From: Eledone cirrhosa
Taxonomy: Eukaryota
Direction: 5' to 3'
NCBI GenBank assembly: GCA_964016885.1
Contig: OZ024743.1
Span: forward strand, 281,914,001-281,978,000
DNA: 64,000 bases
The first letter of the stretch is position 1, and every line of letters begins with the position of its first letter. Both the position numbers and the translations under genes were made by a program. A model generated the notes under the pieces. It worked only from the letters and a program-made list of their open reading frames with translations, had not been told where the DNA came from and did not search any database. Shown here piece after piece: positions 12,948 through 24,767 of the stretch.

Positions 12948-13690
12948 CTGTTTATAAAGTTAATAGAGAGAAAAATAAAATAAGAGAAAAATGTTTTAGT
13001 CAATATCATCATCATTATAATCTTTATCATGCAAACGATAGAAAAAAAAAGGTGGATAAAATATATAAGCAAGAAGGTTTAAATATCTCTTATAGAAGAA
13101 AGTTCTTATTGAACTAGTGAATCCATGCTGTCAATCATGATGGCAATAACATTGACCACATTTAATTTTTGGAGTCCAGGATTGATATGTCATATATACC
13201 AGGATTACCAGCTATATGAACAATCATACTAACTGGGAAATTTGCATTGTGATATTGTTAATAGTTTGCATAAGAGAGAGAAATCATATAATTTATGTTG
13301 ATTACTATTATGTGGAAGCGATTAAATATAAGAATGATATTTTGATATTTTATTTCAAAGATATAATTACGTAAATGTTCAGCATATAAGTACAAATGAC
13401 ATACAGAATTAAATGTATGAGTAACTTTGGAGAAATAACTATTTACAGGGACAAATGTAGGATTAGAAGCCAGGTTTTTGACTGGAAAGCAAACTTCTTA
13501 TTGTAGCAACATGACTGAGATAGGAAATGCATTGTGTGTATGAATGTGCAGGTTTGCATGTGTAAATTTAAAAAAGTTACAGACAGATAGACATATAAAT
13601 AAATAAACAAACACTCATAGTATATTATTTTGGTTGGTTGATAAAGGGTATTTCAAGAGAATATTTGTTTAGGTGTCCTCGAGTACTTAC

Positions 13691-13771
13691 TTTCATTTTT
13701 ATCATGACCACTGGCTGGTTTGTCCTTACCACATCTGGTTGTCAGATTAAATTTATGAGCTGTACGAATTT
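13691..13771 (-). CDS. A2M-like gene exon (end of MG8 and linker)
   Basis: gtag|AA...A|gtaagt, phase 1-1; (Q)IRTAHKFNLTTRCGKDKPASGHDKNE. Confidence 0.75.
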
Positions 13772-14378
13772 CTACAAAAAAATGTATGTGTGAGAAAATC
13801 AGTGGTGTAGTTTATTTTACAAATAAATGAAATATTACACATGCGTATTTAAGGCCCCCTTCAGTCACAACTGATCATGAGCTTACACCTGAAACGTTCC
13901 TCCCCAAGGAGCAAGCCTGGGCAAAGTGTCTTGTGGAAGACTAACATTTGCCTATGCATACCAGTCACACCTATTCATATCACCGGTGTTGTCCAATGGA
14001 AAGGCAATGGCTGATACAGCTTGACACCAGTGCTATTGAAAATAATTTTTTCCCCAGCTTAGTGAACTGGAACAATGAGAAACAAAGTGTCTTCTTCCTC
14101 AAAGTCACAACACACTGCACCATGATTTTACAGTCATGAGTTCAACACACAGGTCATACACCTTCTGTGTATTATATATGTGTATATGTGTGTTGTTTTT
14201 TATATTTATTCTAGAGCGAGTTGCATTTACTCCCTTCTCACTCTCACCACTAGAAATGCAGTGGACCAGTGATAGGGTCATTCATCATCATTTAACATCT
14301 GTTCTCCCTGTAACCAACAATGATAAAATTTGTGATAAATTTCAGTATTTATATGTATTTATTATATTAATAAAATAA

Positions 14379-14640
14379 GGCGGTGAATTGACAGAGTCGT
14401 TAAAATGTCGGATAGAATGCTTTACGGTATTCGTCCCACTTCATTGCACGTTCTGAGTTCAAATCCTGCCGTAGTCAATTTTGCCTTTTATCCTTTCGAG
14501 GTCGATAAAAAAAGTACTGTCCAGTACTGGGGTCGATTCTTCCTCTATAGAAAAAATCAGCTGTGTTCAGACCTGGAGAGGGTTGAGCTCTGCCAAGTTT
14601 AAAAGTGCCCTAGACATGTCGTATGACAACCTCACAAGGA
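14379..14640 (+). mobile_element. tRNA-derived SINE with Nin/Deu-like domain
   Basis: B-box gagttcaaatcc then gtcaattttgccttttatcctttcgaggtcgataaa; related copies at 44052-44240, 44680-44930, 47530-48100 (minus), 49100-49250, 57150-57470. Confidence 0.7.
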
Positions 14641-15040
14641 GTTTGGGGATCTTTATCTTTTTTATTATATTAATATGCTCTACATATTTCTTTAATATTG
14701 AGTACTCTGTTTTTGAAGCATGATAATAATATATAGAGATATATTTTTCTTCATGGGGAATAACTAGTTAACATGATCTAGTGTCATTTCCTTCATTCAG
14801 ATTCAGTTTTTTTAGATCATTCTTTACAACTTTGTCCCATGTATTCCTTAGTTTCCCCCTTCCAGAGGTTCCATCTACTCCAAGCTCTCCATACTTATTC
14901 GTGCAATGCATGCTTTCATTATGGATCATATGTCTGTATTAGTGCAATCGTCTCTCTTGAATATTACTCTATATATATATATAAACATCTATGGCAAATT
15001 TCTATGGCCGGATGCCCTTCCTGGCGCCAATATATATATA

Positions 15041-15370
15041 TATCATCATCATCATCAGTTTATGTCCGCTTTCCCTGCTTGCAAGGGTGGGACGGGAACT
15101 GATTCTAGCTTGATTTCTACAGCTGGATGCCCTTCCTAACACCAACCTCATTTACAGTGAGTACTGGGTGCTTTTTTGCTGTGGCACCTCCACGATCACT
15201 TTGCAGTGGAATGATAGGGACCCTAGTCCCTATCATCTCATTTCTACAGCTGAGTAAACTGGAGCAATGTGAAATAAAGTGTCTTGCTCAAGGAAACAAC
15301 ACGTCACCTGGTCTGAGAATTGAACTCCCAACCTTTTGATTGCAAGGCCAATGCTCTCACCACTTAGCCT
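15041..15370 (-). mobile_element. CORE-type SINE with RTE-derived tail
   Basis: tRNA-like head, ccttgagcaagacactttatttcacattgctccagtttactcagctgtagaaatg CORE-like block, RTE 3' UTR, (GAT)n. Confidence 0.75.
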
Positions 15371-15375
15371 ATATA

Positions 15376-17954
15376 TCTATATATATAAAAATGAATGTAT
15401 GTTTGTTTGTTTGTCCAAAGATATAAACGGAGAAAGAGAAATCAACGTATATTCAAACAGAGAGTGAAAGAGCGAGTAGTCTGGCTGCTTTGAACCACTC
15501 CCTATATTAGACTGTCTCTAAAGTTATAAACGGAGAAAGAGAAATCAACGTATAGACAAAGAGAGAGTGAAAGAGCAACGTATAGACAAAGAGAGAGTGC
15601 TATAAACGGAGAAAGAGAAATCAACGTATAGACAAAGAGTGAGTGAAAGAGCGAGTGTGAAATTTTTTTAATTAAAGATAATTTCAATAGAATTAGTATT
15701 CTCTCTTTAATTTAATATACTTTCAATAGAATTAGTAAATTCTCTCTTTAATTTAATATAATTTCAATAGAATTAGTATAGTGTCTGTTTCACATTACTT
15801 CCCTTCCACTCCCATTACAGGGAATTCTTTTTCAGCTAGCCCTTAACTAAGTGCTGTAATTTGATATCTTCATTTCGTCTGTCCTTATTTTCCTGACCTG
15901 GACACATACGTGGACCGACATCATTCCAAGAATTGAGAACAGTAAACGGTCAAGTATGTGCCACTTATCGTGAAGCTTGCCAAGAATTAAATCTTCTTGA
16001 AAATGATGGCCATTGGGACACTTCACTCGCTGATGCATCGAATACTGCTCGACCAAAGCAAATACGCACATTATTCTCAATAATATTGACAACGTGCTTC
16101 CCATCAAATCCAAAAGATCTTTGGGAAAAATATAAAGACTACATGAGTGAAGACATCCTACATCGTTTGCGTGCAACAAATCAAAATATGAATATTCAAT
16201 TCACACAAAATGTGTATAATGAAGCATTGGTTTCCATTGAGGTCATATGTTTAGCAATCGCTAACAAAACATTGGTACAATTGGGAATGCCTGCGCCGAA
16301 TCGATCTGTAAACGGCATTTTCGATCGTGATTTGCAACGAGAAACAAACTTTGATGTCGCCGAATTGGGTACATTTGTTCAAACGAATCTTCCCAAATTG
16401 CTACCAGAACAACGCATAGTATATGACCAAATTATGCAGGCAATTATAAGTCAAAGCGGCGGATTGTATTTTATAGATGCGCCCGGTGGTACAGGCAAAA
16501 CTTTTCTCATTTCACTTATTTTGGCAACTATACGATCAGAAAATAATATTGCACTGGCAATCGCATCATCTGGAATTGCGGCAACTCTTTTAGATGGTGG
16601 CCGAACAGCACATTCAGCCCTGAAATTGCCATTGAATATGCAAATCGCTGAGACATCAACATGCAATATTACCAAAAATTCTGGTATAGGTAAAGTACTC
16701 CAATCATGTAAAATCATTATATGGGACGAATGTACTATGGCGCACAAAAAATCATTGGAAGCGCTTAATAATACGCTAAAAGATTTGAAAGGAAATGAAC
16801 AGCTCTTCGGTGGCACACTCATTTTATTGTCTGGTGATTTTCGACAAACTCTACCAGTTATACCGCGATCAACACCCGCTGATGAGCTTAATGCATGTCT
16901 CAAATCATCAGTTTTATGGCGACACATACAGAAATTAACTTTAAAAAACAATATGCGTGTACAACTACAAAATGACGCATCCGCTGAACGTTTCACAAAA
17001 CAATTGCTGGATATTGGGAATGGGAAAATGGTAATCGATGATTCCACAAAATGTATCACATTGCCAACAAACTTCTGTAGAATCACGGCAACCAGAGACG
17101 AACTGATTCACAAAGTGTTCCCAAATATTGCGCAGCATTACAAAAATCATCAGTGGCTCAGTGTACGTGCTATATTAGCAGCCAAAAACACCGATGTCAA
17201 TGCCATTAATTTCAGCATTCAAAACGAAATACCAGGCGAAGCGACAACGTATAAGTCCATCGATACTGTAATGAATCAAGACGAAATTATCAATTATCCA
17301 ATTGAATTCTTTAATTCACTTGATTTGCCAGGCATGCCACCGCACATTTTAACATTGAAAATTGGCGTGCCTATCATCCTTCTCCGAAACATCAATCCAC
17401 CACAACTTTGCAACGGTACCAGACTTTCAGTGAAAAAGACGATGAACAATATCATCGAGGCTACAATTTTAAATGGAAAATTTAAAGGAGAAGATGTACT
17501 CTTGCCACGCATCCCAATCATTCCAACAGATACGCCATTTGATTTCAAACGTTTGCAGTTTCCGGTGCGACTCGCCTTTGCAATGACTATCAACAAAGCA
17601 CAAGGACAATCGCTACAAGTGTGTGGACTAAATTTAGAAAATCCATGCTTCTCACATGGACAGCTGTATGTGGCTTGCTCACGCGTCGGTAAACCTTCTG
17701 ATTTATTCGTGTACGCACCAGAAGGAAAAACAAAAAACATTGTGTATCCAAAAGCACTTCAGTAAAACAAATTAAATGTTCTTATAACGAATTTTCTTTA
17801 AATTCGTCAGTCATTCAGTCATTTAAAGATAAATGTTAAAATCTAAAAAATAGAAACTAAATTACAGAAGTTTTTAAATAACGATTAAAATGTTAATATT
17901 ATTCTTTTCTAAATAAGCTTTTTAATACTGAGCGAAGCCGGGTAGCTCCGCTAG
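15376..17954 (+). mobile_element. Helitron, internally deleted (no Rep domain)
   Basis: A|TCTATATATATAAAAATG start, subterminal hairpin actgagcgaagccgggt, CTAG|T end; PIF1 helicase ORF. Confidence 0.9.
15933..17765 (+). CDS. Helitron PIF1-like helicase, N-terminally truncated (no ATG at ORF start)
   Basis: DAPGGTGKT, IIWDE, GDFRQTLPV, LCNGT, AMTINKAQGQS, HGQLYVACSR. Confidence 0.88.
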   Translation: MRTVNGQVCATYREACQELNLLENDGHWDTSLADASNTARPKQIRTLFSIILTTCFPSNPKDLWEKYKDYMSEDILHRLRATNQNMNIQFTQNVYNEALVSIEVICLAIANKTLVQLGMPAPNRSVNGIFDRDLQRETNFDVAELGTFVQTNLPKLLPEQRIVYDQIMQAIISQSGGLYFIDAPGGTGKTFLISLILATIRSENNIALAIASSGIAATLLDGGRTAHSALKLPLNMQIAETSTCNITKNSGIGKVLQSCKIIIWDECTMAHKKSLEALNNTLKDLKGNEQLFGGTLILLSGDFRQTLPVIPRSTPADELNACLKSSVLWRHIQKLTLKNNMRVQLQNDASAERFTKQLLDIGNGKMVIDDSTKCITLPTNFCRITATRDELIHKVFPNIAQHYKNHQWLSVRAILAAKNTDVNAINFSIQNEIPGEATTYKSIDTVMNQDEIINYPIEFFNSLDLPGMPPHILTLKIGVPIILLRNINPPQLCNGTRLSVKKTMNNIIEATILNGKFKGEDVLLPRIPIIPTDTPFDFKRLQFPVRLAFAMTINKAQGQSLQVCGLNLENPCFSHGQLYVACSRVGKPSDLFVYAPEGKTKNIVYPKALQ

Positions 17955-17961
17955 TATATAT

Positions 17962-18751
17962 ATAAAATTGAAAAAGTGAACAATAGCATGGTCAACTGTA
18001 CAAACAAGGAAATTTATTTACAGTCTAACAATTGTTTCCATGATAGAGATGTCTAGAAATTGCTAAACATTGAAGGTAGTGGCACTCAATTTAAAATATA
18101 TGCAACCTCCATCATTTCATCAGAGACTAATAGAAAATACAAAATATATGCGTATATTCGTCTGTCTGTTTATCTTCCTTCTTCTCTCATTCATCCACAA
18201 TTACTCATCCGATCGCACACCTTAATTCTTCTGTCTTCCACATGATGTCTCTACCTGTTTTTCTGTTTCCTTCTTCATCTTTCTCTATCTCTTTTTTCTT
18301 CTTCATCCTTCTTTTTCTTCTCTACCTTTACTACATCTATCCCCTCTTCTTTCTATCTGTATCTTTATTATCAATATTATTTTTATTTTGATGTGATAGT
18401 TTGATTTCGTAATTTTGCCGGTTGTGCATATAACTGTATTTTCGTTTTCTCTTTCGTCTTTCTTCCACCCCCTCCTTTCCATCTGTCTCCCTTCCTTTAT
18501 TTATCTCTATATCTTTATTATTAATATCATTATTGATATGGTAATTTGAATTTATAAATTTACCGTTACGCATATATTTTGTATTAGTCTCTGACAAAAT
18601 GATGGAGGTTGCATGTATTTAAATTGAGTGCCATTACCTTCAGTGTTTAGCAATTTCTAGACATCTCTATCATGGAAACGATTGTTAGACTGTAATTAGA
18701 TTTCCTTGTTTGTACTGTTGACCATGCTATTTTTCACTTTTTCAGTTTTAT
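17962..18751. repeat. Fold-back inverted repeat, ~190-bp arms around a CT-rich spacer
   Basis: 17962-18154 is the reverse complement of 18567-18751; flanked by (TA)n. Confidence 0.85.
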
Positions 18752-18986
18752 CACTCCAAGATATACTTACATGGGAATACAAGTGAAGTCATTAACTCGC
18801 CATCCACGTAAACCTCTTGTTGAATCACACAACGCTGTACGCTTAAACTATCCATGATAAGTAGTTTTCACAACCACTTATCGTATTACCTTTAACGATA
18901 TATTGTTTTCCCCTATATATATATATAGATATATATATATATGAGTAAGTATGTTTTGAAACAGTGAGCAGGTTTGAAATTAGAAA

Positions 18987-19234
18987 ATAGAATAGCTTTC
19001 ACCGTATTTTTGAACAAAGAAATTTTAGCCTGATAGGGTTTAGAACTCTCAGATAAATGGAAAAAGATGTGTGATGGGTTGGTGTAATAGTAGCACAGTG
19101 GTCTGGATAACCAAAGATGTGGGTTCGATTCCCATGTACATCAATACTCATCTTTTTCCATTTATCTGAGGGTTCTAAACCCCATTATCAGGCTAAAATT
19201 TCTTTAGTCAAAAATACGGTGAAAGCTATTCTAT
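18987..19234. repeat. Inverted repeat (~85-bp arms) enclosing a tRNA-like sequence
   Basis: 18987-19069 pairs with 19149-19234. Confidence 0.85.
19073..19143 (+). pseudogene. tRNA-like sequence (pseudo-tRNA or SINE head)
   Basis: A-box TGGTGTAATAG, anticodon arm TGGT-CTGGATA-ACCA, T arm GTGGG-TTCGATT-CCCAT, imperfect acceptor GATG/CATC. Confidence 0.55.
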
Positions 19235-19259
19235 ATATATATATATGTGTGTACATATA

Positions 19260-19313
<54 letters not shown>

Positions 19314-19484
19314 CAATATCAGAGAAAGCTTTTTAGCGATACTCCGGCCAAATTCCAACTCACTCAACAAACATTAGGAAATAAGTGATTATATTCCCAA
19401 TTATGCGTTCGGGGTGCTAACTAAAAGTATTGCGTGGAAAATTGGCTGTATTATTACATATGAGATATATCTAATATATCTCTT

Positions 19485-19611
19485 CCCAGACGGACGTCTC
19501 GTTTCATTATAGGACTCCTACAATTTGGGTGAAATTATACCAATTTATGTAGGAGCTTGTATACCATCAACAGATATATATTCAAGTGGGCTCCTATAAT
19601 TCATCAGTGGG
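19485..19611 (-). ncRNA. Type I hammerhead ribozyme motif with extended stem II
   Basis: CCCA-CTGATGA-ATTATAGGA...TCCTATAAT-GAAACG-AGACGTC-CGTC-TGGG. Confidence 0.62.
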
Positions 19612-20077
19612 TGCCCCAATAATACTAATATTGATAATCTAACCAACATCAGCTTTTAGCGATAATCACTTTCTGTGCCTGAGGTATGTCAGGTAGCCAG
19701 TCCAGCAGTTCTGAAAGAAGTGCTCGAACTGATTCAAAAACTGAGGAAGTAAATTACCGCCAAAAAAACAATACATGTGCATGACAATGAATTCTGAAAG
19801 GAATTCAGGCCACGTGCTAGAACTCAATTGGAATTTGAAAAAATATCCATGTGTGTACATCGTTTGATGACACACACAGATATTTTCTCGGGCAAAATAA
19901 CAGAATGAGATATAAGGAACAATCAATATTCATATATAAAAAAAATAAACAAAGAAATGCTAACCTTACATCGGGAATTTTTTCGAATCTGTTGCTCCAA
20001 GAGTAAGTAAATAAATATATATAAATATATATATATATATGTATATATATATAAATATATATATGTATATATATATA

Positions 20078-20729
20078 TCATAAACGAACTAAGGAAAAAA
20101 TTAGAAATAAGAGGGATCAGATGTTGTTTACTAGAGAGAAGGCTACGTTGGTATGGTCACGTGATGCGCATGAAGGATGATAACTGTATAACAAAGTGCA
20201 GGGCAATAAAGATAGACGGTAGCCACGGAATAGGCAGACCCAGAAAAACCTGGGACGAGCTGATAAACTCCGACCTCACACACTTACACCTCACCAAGAC
20301 AATGTCACTGGACCGAGACCTTTGGCGGTACTCAGTAATAGAGAAGATCCGCCTTGCCAGTAGGCATCTCTAACAAAATACACCCCGTCCCACCACCACC
20401 ACCACCACCCCATCCACACCACCCCGTTCTATGTAAAGTTATGTTGGTGCCGCGCCATCCAGGCCGAAACAAATGAGATCGTGTAGGTGTCACGACAAAA
20501 AAACACACAGTCCACGCTGTAATGTGGCCGTGTAGGCAACACGGTAAAAACCTCCCAGACCCACACTGTAAATGTGGTTGGTGTTAGGAAGGGCATCCAA
20601 CTGTAGAAAACCTGCCAGACAGTCCTATGCGAGCAAGAAAATCACTCTTGCCTCAAGTGGGACTACCCCTGTCCAAACCCATGCAAGCGTGGAACACGGA
20701 CGTTAAACGTTGATGATGATGATGATGAT

Positions 20730-20731
<2 letters not shown>
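20078..20731 (+). mobile_element. RTE LINE 3' fragment
   Basis: near-identical to the 1113-1945 family; (GAT)n tail. Confidence 0.88.
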
Positions 20732-21090
<359 letters not shown>

Positions 21091-21091
<1 letters not shown>

Positions 21092-22586
21092 TCATCATCA
21101 TCATCATTTTATGTCCGCTCTTCCCTGCTTGCAAGGGTGGGACGGGTCTTATTCAGCACAGCATCTCTCCACTCGTCACCTCCACCGTGAGCTTCAATGA
21201 TCTGAGGTCTGTTCTCACCACCTCCGCCCATGTTTTTCGTGGTCTACCTCTACCACGTCTTCCTTCAACTGGCATTTCCTGGCACTTCTTCACCCATCGG
21301 TCGTCCTCCATGCGCATCACATGTCCATACCACCTCAGTCTCCTCTCCCGTACACTACATTCTATCCCTCTCAGACACAGTTTCTCTCTCAACACATTTA
21401 TGCTGGGTCGTTCACGCACATTTACACTGCACATCCAACGGAGCATGCTTGCCTCATTTCTCTCCAGCCGTCGCATATCCTCTGCAGTTGCTGCCCAAGA
21501 CTCACTACCATGCAGCATCGCGCTCCTCACACAGGCATCATACAACCGGCCTTTCGTACGCAGGGAGAAACCCTTCTTCGTCAACAGAGGAAGCAGCTCC
21601 CTAAACTTCTTCCAACCCGTCCTTATTCTAGATACTATGGCCTCGGAACACCCTCCTCCCATGCTAAACTGATCTCCTAGGTACCGGAAGCTATCCACCA
21701 CTTCTATAGCGCCCTCTCGCATTTGAAAAATGTGTCTATCAGTGCGACTTCTACTGTCTAATTTCCCTGTACATCTACTGCATACATATTTCTCCCTACC
21801 TGTTAGTTTGCCTGCTATCCCGCTACATCTCTTGTGTACCCAGGACCTGCATTGTGTGCATTTTATAGAATTTATGCCAGTTCCTTTTCTGCATATCGAA
21901 CATGGCCATTTCCCTGACGGAATCAGGGTTTTGTCCTCTTTTCTACTCATCAACACTTTTGTCTTAGCTAGATTTACTCTCAGTCCTCTTGCTTCCAACT
22001 GCTGTTTCCATAGCCGGAATTTATTCTCTAGCTCCTCTACTGATTCTGCTATAAGAGCCAGATCGTCAGCATAGAGAAGTTCCCATGGACAGCCAGTCTT
22101 AAACTCCTCTGTTATGGCTTGGAGGACTATAATGAACAAGAGCGGGCTGAGGACCGAACCCTGATGTACTCCTACTTGTATCTGGAATTCCTCACTAAAC
22201 TCCATTCCTACCCTGACTTTACTGAGAGTACCTCTGTACAAAGTTTGCACTGTCCTCACAAGCCATTCCCCAACACCTAGCTTCCTTAGGGACCACCAGA
22301 TGACAGATCGGGGTACCTTATCAAAGGCCTTCTCTAGGTCAACAAAGGCTAAGTATAGTGGCTTATTCTTCTCTAAGAACCTCTCTTGCATTTGTCTCAC
22401 CAAGAAGAGGGCATCTGTTGTACTCTTCCCAGGCACAAAACCAAACTGCATCTCATCTAGTTTGACCCTTTCTCTAATTAGTTGTGCTAAAATCCTTTCT
22501 GCCACTTTCATAACCTGATCTATCAGTTTTATACCCCTATAATTGCTCCTCTCCAAAGCATCCCCTTTACCTTTGTAGCAATTTAT
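21091..22586 (-). mobile_element. RTE LINE, 5'-truncated, open RT plus Cys-rich finger
   Basis: ORF 21153-22610: NYRGIKL, QFGFVPG, FVDLEKAFD, GVHQGSVLSP, LLYADD, CSICRK...WVHKRC. Confidence 0.92.
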
Positions 22587-22863
22587 GTGATGTGTTGTTT
22601 CCTTGAGCAAGACACTTTATTTCACATTGCTCCAGTTTACTCAGCTGTAGAAATGAGATGATAGGGACTGCGGTCCCTATCATTCCACTGCAAAGTGGTC
22701 GTGGAGGTGCCACGGCAAAAAAGCATCCAGCACTCACTGTAAATGAGGTTGGTGTTAGGAAGGGCATCCAGCTGTAGAAATCAAGCCAGAATCAGTTCCC
22801 GTCCCACCCTTGCAAGCAGGGAAAAGTGGACGTAAAATGAAATGATGATGATGATGATGATGA
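22586..22863 (+). mobile_element. CORE-type SINE, 5'-truncated, RTE tail
   Basis: same sequence as 15041-15370 in the opposite orientation. Confidence 0.75.
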
Positions 22864-22908
<45 letters not shown>

Positions 22909-23207
22909 ATATATATGTATATTCCCTCTGATAGTTTGTAAAACTTTTACATAAATCTATATAATATACATACCAACACACATATATATCCTAGAAATGA
23001 TCGTAAAATGATGAATTTTTTAATATAAGGAACTGTTTCTTTGTTTTTATTCATTGTTTTTATTAATTTATATATATATATATATATTGGCGTCAGGAAG
23101 GGCATCCGGCCGTAGAAATTTGCCATAGACGTTAATATTTATATATATATATATATATGTACAATAAAATAAATAAGTCAAATATTTAAAATTTGGCTTC
23201 GTTTATT

Positions 23208-23262
23208 ACTGCTATATATATTTCGGTGACAGCCATCTTTGGCTATGACCTCTTCAGGTAGT
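23208..23262 (-). ncRNA. Minimal type I hammerhead motif (Penelope pLTR-like)
   Basis: ACTAC-CTGAAGA-GGTCATAGCCA AAGA TGGCTGTCACC-GAAA-TATATA-TA-GCAGT. Confidence 0.6.
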
Positions 23263-23411
23263 CCGAATTAGTGTGGTATAGACGAGTCCACATGTTGTTG
23301 AGGTGTTTAATTTTGTCAATACTCTGATATGCCCAGTTCCTGGTTGGGTTGTTATTTCTCTGAGGAACTGGAATCATATGAATTCACACAAGCTATGATT
23401 ACATTTACATA

Positions 23412-23543
23412 TGCAGAGAGCTATGATTACATTTACATACTCCAGGGGGCTTACTTTGAAGGAGAAAACTCTTAGTGTGAAGTTTGGGTTTGAAATAAAT
23501 CTTTTGTGACATCAATCCTGGAACTTTTCTGACACACCTCGTA

Positions 23544-23593
<50 letters not shown>

Positions 23594-24597
23594 TATATTT
23601 TGAGTATATGTTAGTTGTTTACCAACACCTCAATATGCAGATTGGAGCACTCGACGATGTGCGCAGGTTGGTTTGGTTACTCCGGAGTAATGTAAAATAA
23701 AATAAATAAGTCAAATATTTAAAATTTGGCTTCGTTTATTACTGTTATATATATTTCGGTGACAGCCATCTTTGGCTATGACCTTTTCAGGCAGTCCGAA
23801 TTAGTGTGGTAGAAACGAGTCCACATGTTGTTGAAGTGTTTAACTTTGTCAATACTCTGATATACCCAGTTCCTGGTTGGGTTGTTATTTCTCTGAGGAA
23901 CTGGAATCATATGAATTCAAACAAACGAATTTCAGCGTCAAAGGACATCCTCTCCTCCCATTGGTCAGTTGTGAGAACATTCCTCAGTCAAAAGTCTATA
24001 GAAATTCTTTCTGAGGCGAGGCAATCTATAGTGGTTGTTTTTGTTATTGTTAAGCACATCTGACCTCTTCCCTTATGTTGGTAGTGGTGTTGGTGCTGGG
24101 GTCAGCTTAAGTTCAGCTGCTGCTGACCCCAGCACCAGCATCACTACCAACATAAGGGAAGAGGTCAGATGTACTTAACAATAACAAAAAGAATGACTAC
24201 AGATTGCCTCGCCTCAGAAAGAATTTCTATAGACTTTTGACTGAGGAATGTTCTCACAACTGACCAATGGGAGGAGAGGATGTCCTTTGACGCTGAAATT
24301 CGTTTGTTTGAATTCATATGATTCCAGTTCCTCAGAGAAATAACAACCCAACCAAGAACTGGGTATATCAGAGTATTGACAAAATTAAACACCTCAACAA
24401 CATGTGGACTCGTCTATACCACACTAATTCGGAGTGCCTGAAAAGGTCATAGCCAAAGATGGCTGTCACCGAAATATATATAACAGTAATAAACGAAGCC
24501 AAATTTTAAATATTTGACTTATTTATTTTATTTTACATTACTATCTGCATACTGAGGTGTTGGTAAACAACTAACATATACTCAAAATATATATATG

Positions 24598-24635
<38 letters not shown>

Positions 24636-24767
24636 TACGAGGTGTGTCAGAAAAGTTCCAGGATTGATGTTACAAAAGATTTATTTCAGACCCAAACTTC
24701 ACACTAAGAGTTTTCTCCTTCAAAGTAAGCCCCCTGGAGTATGTAAATGTAATCATAGCTCTCTGCA
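23412..24767. repeat. 1.36-kb palindrome (arms 23412-24106 and 24122-24767)
   Basis: mirrored ORF pairs 23405-23590(-)/24595(+) and 23806(+)/24165-24392(-); 15-nt spacer. Confidence 0.92.

Noticed and set aside
16451-17740. Minus-strand ORFs of 211 and 148 aa
   Set aside because: Antisense shadows of the Helitron helicase
18650-18692. GAAAC-GATT-GTT hammerhead-like 3' half in the palindrome arm
   Set aside because: CUGANGA box absent; too degenerate to call
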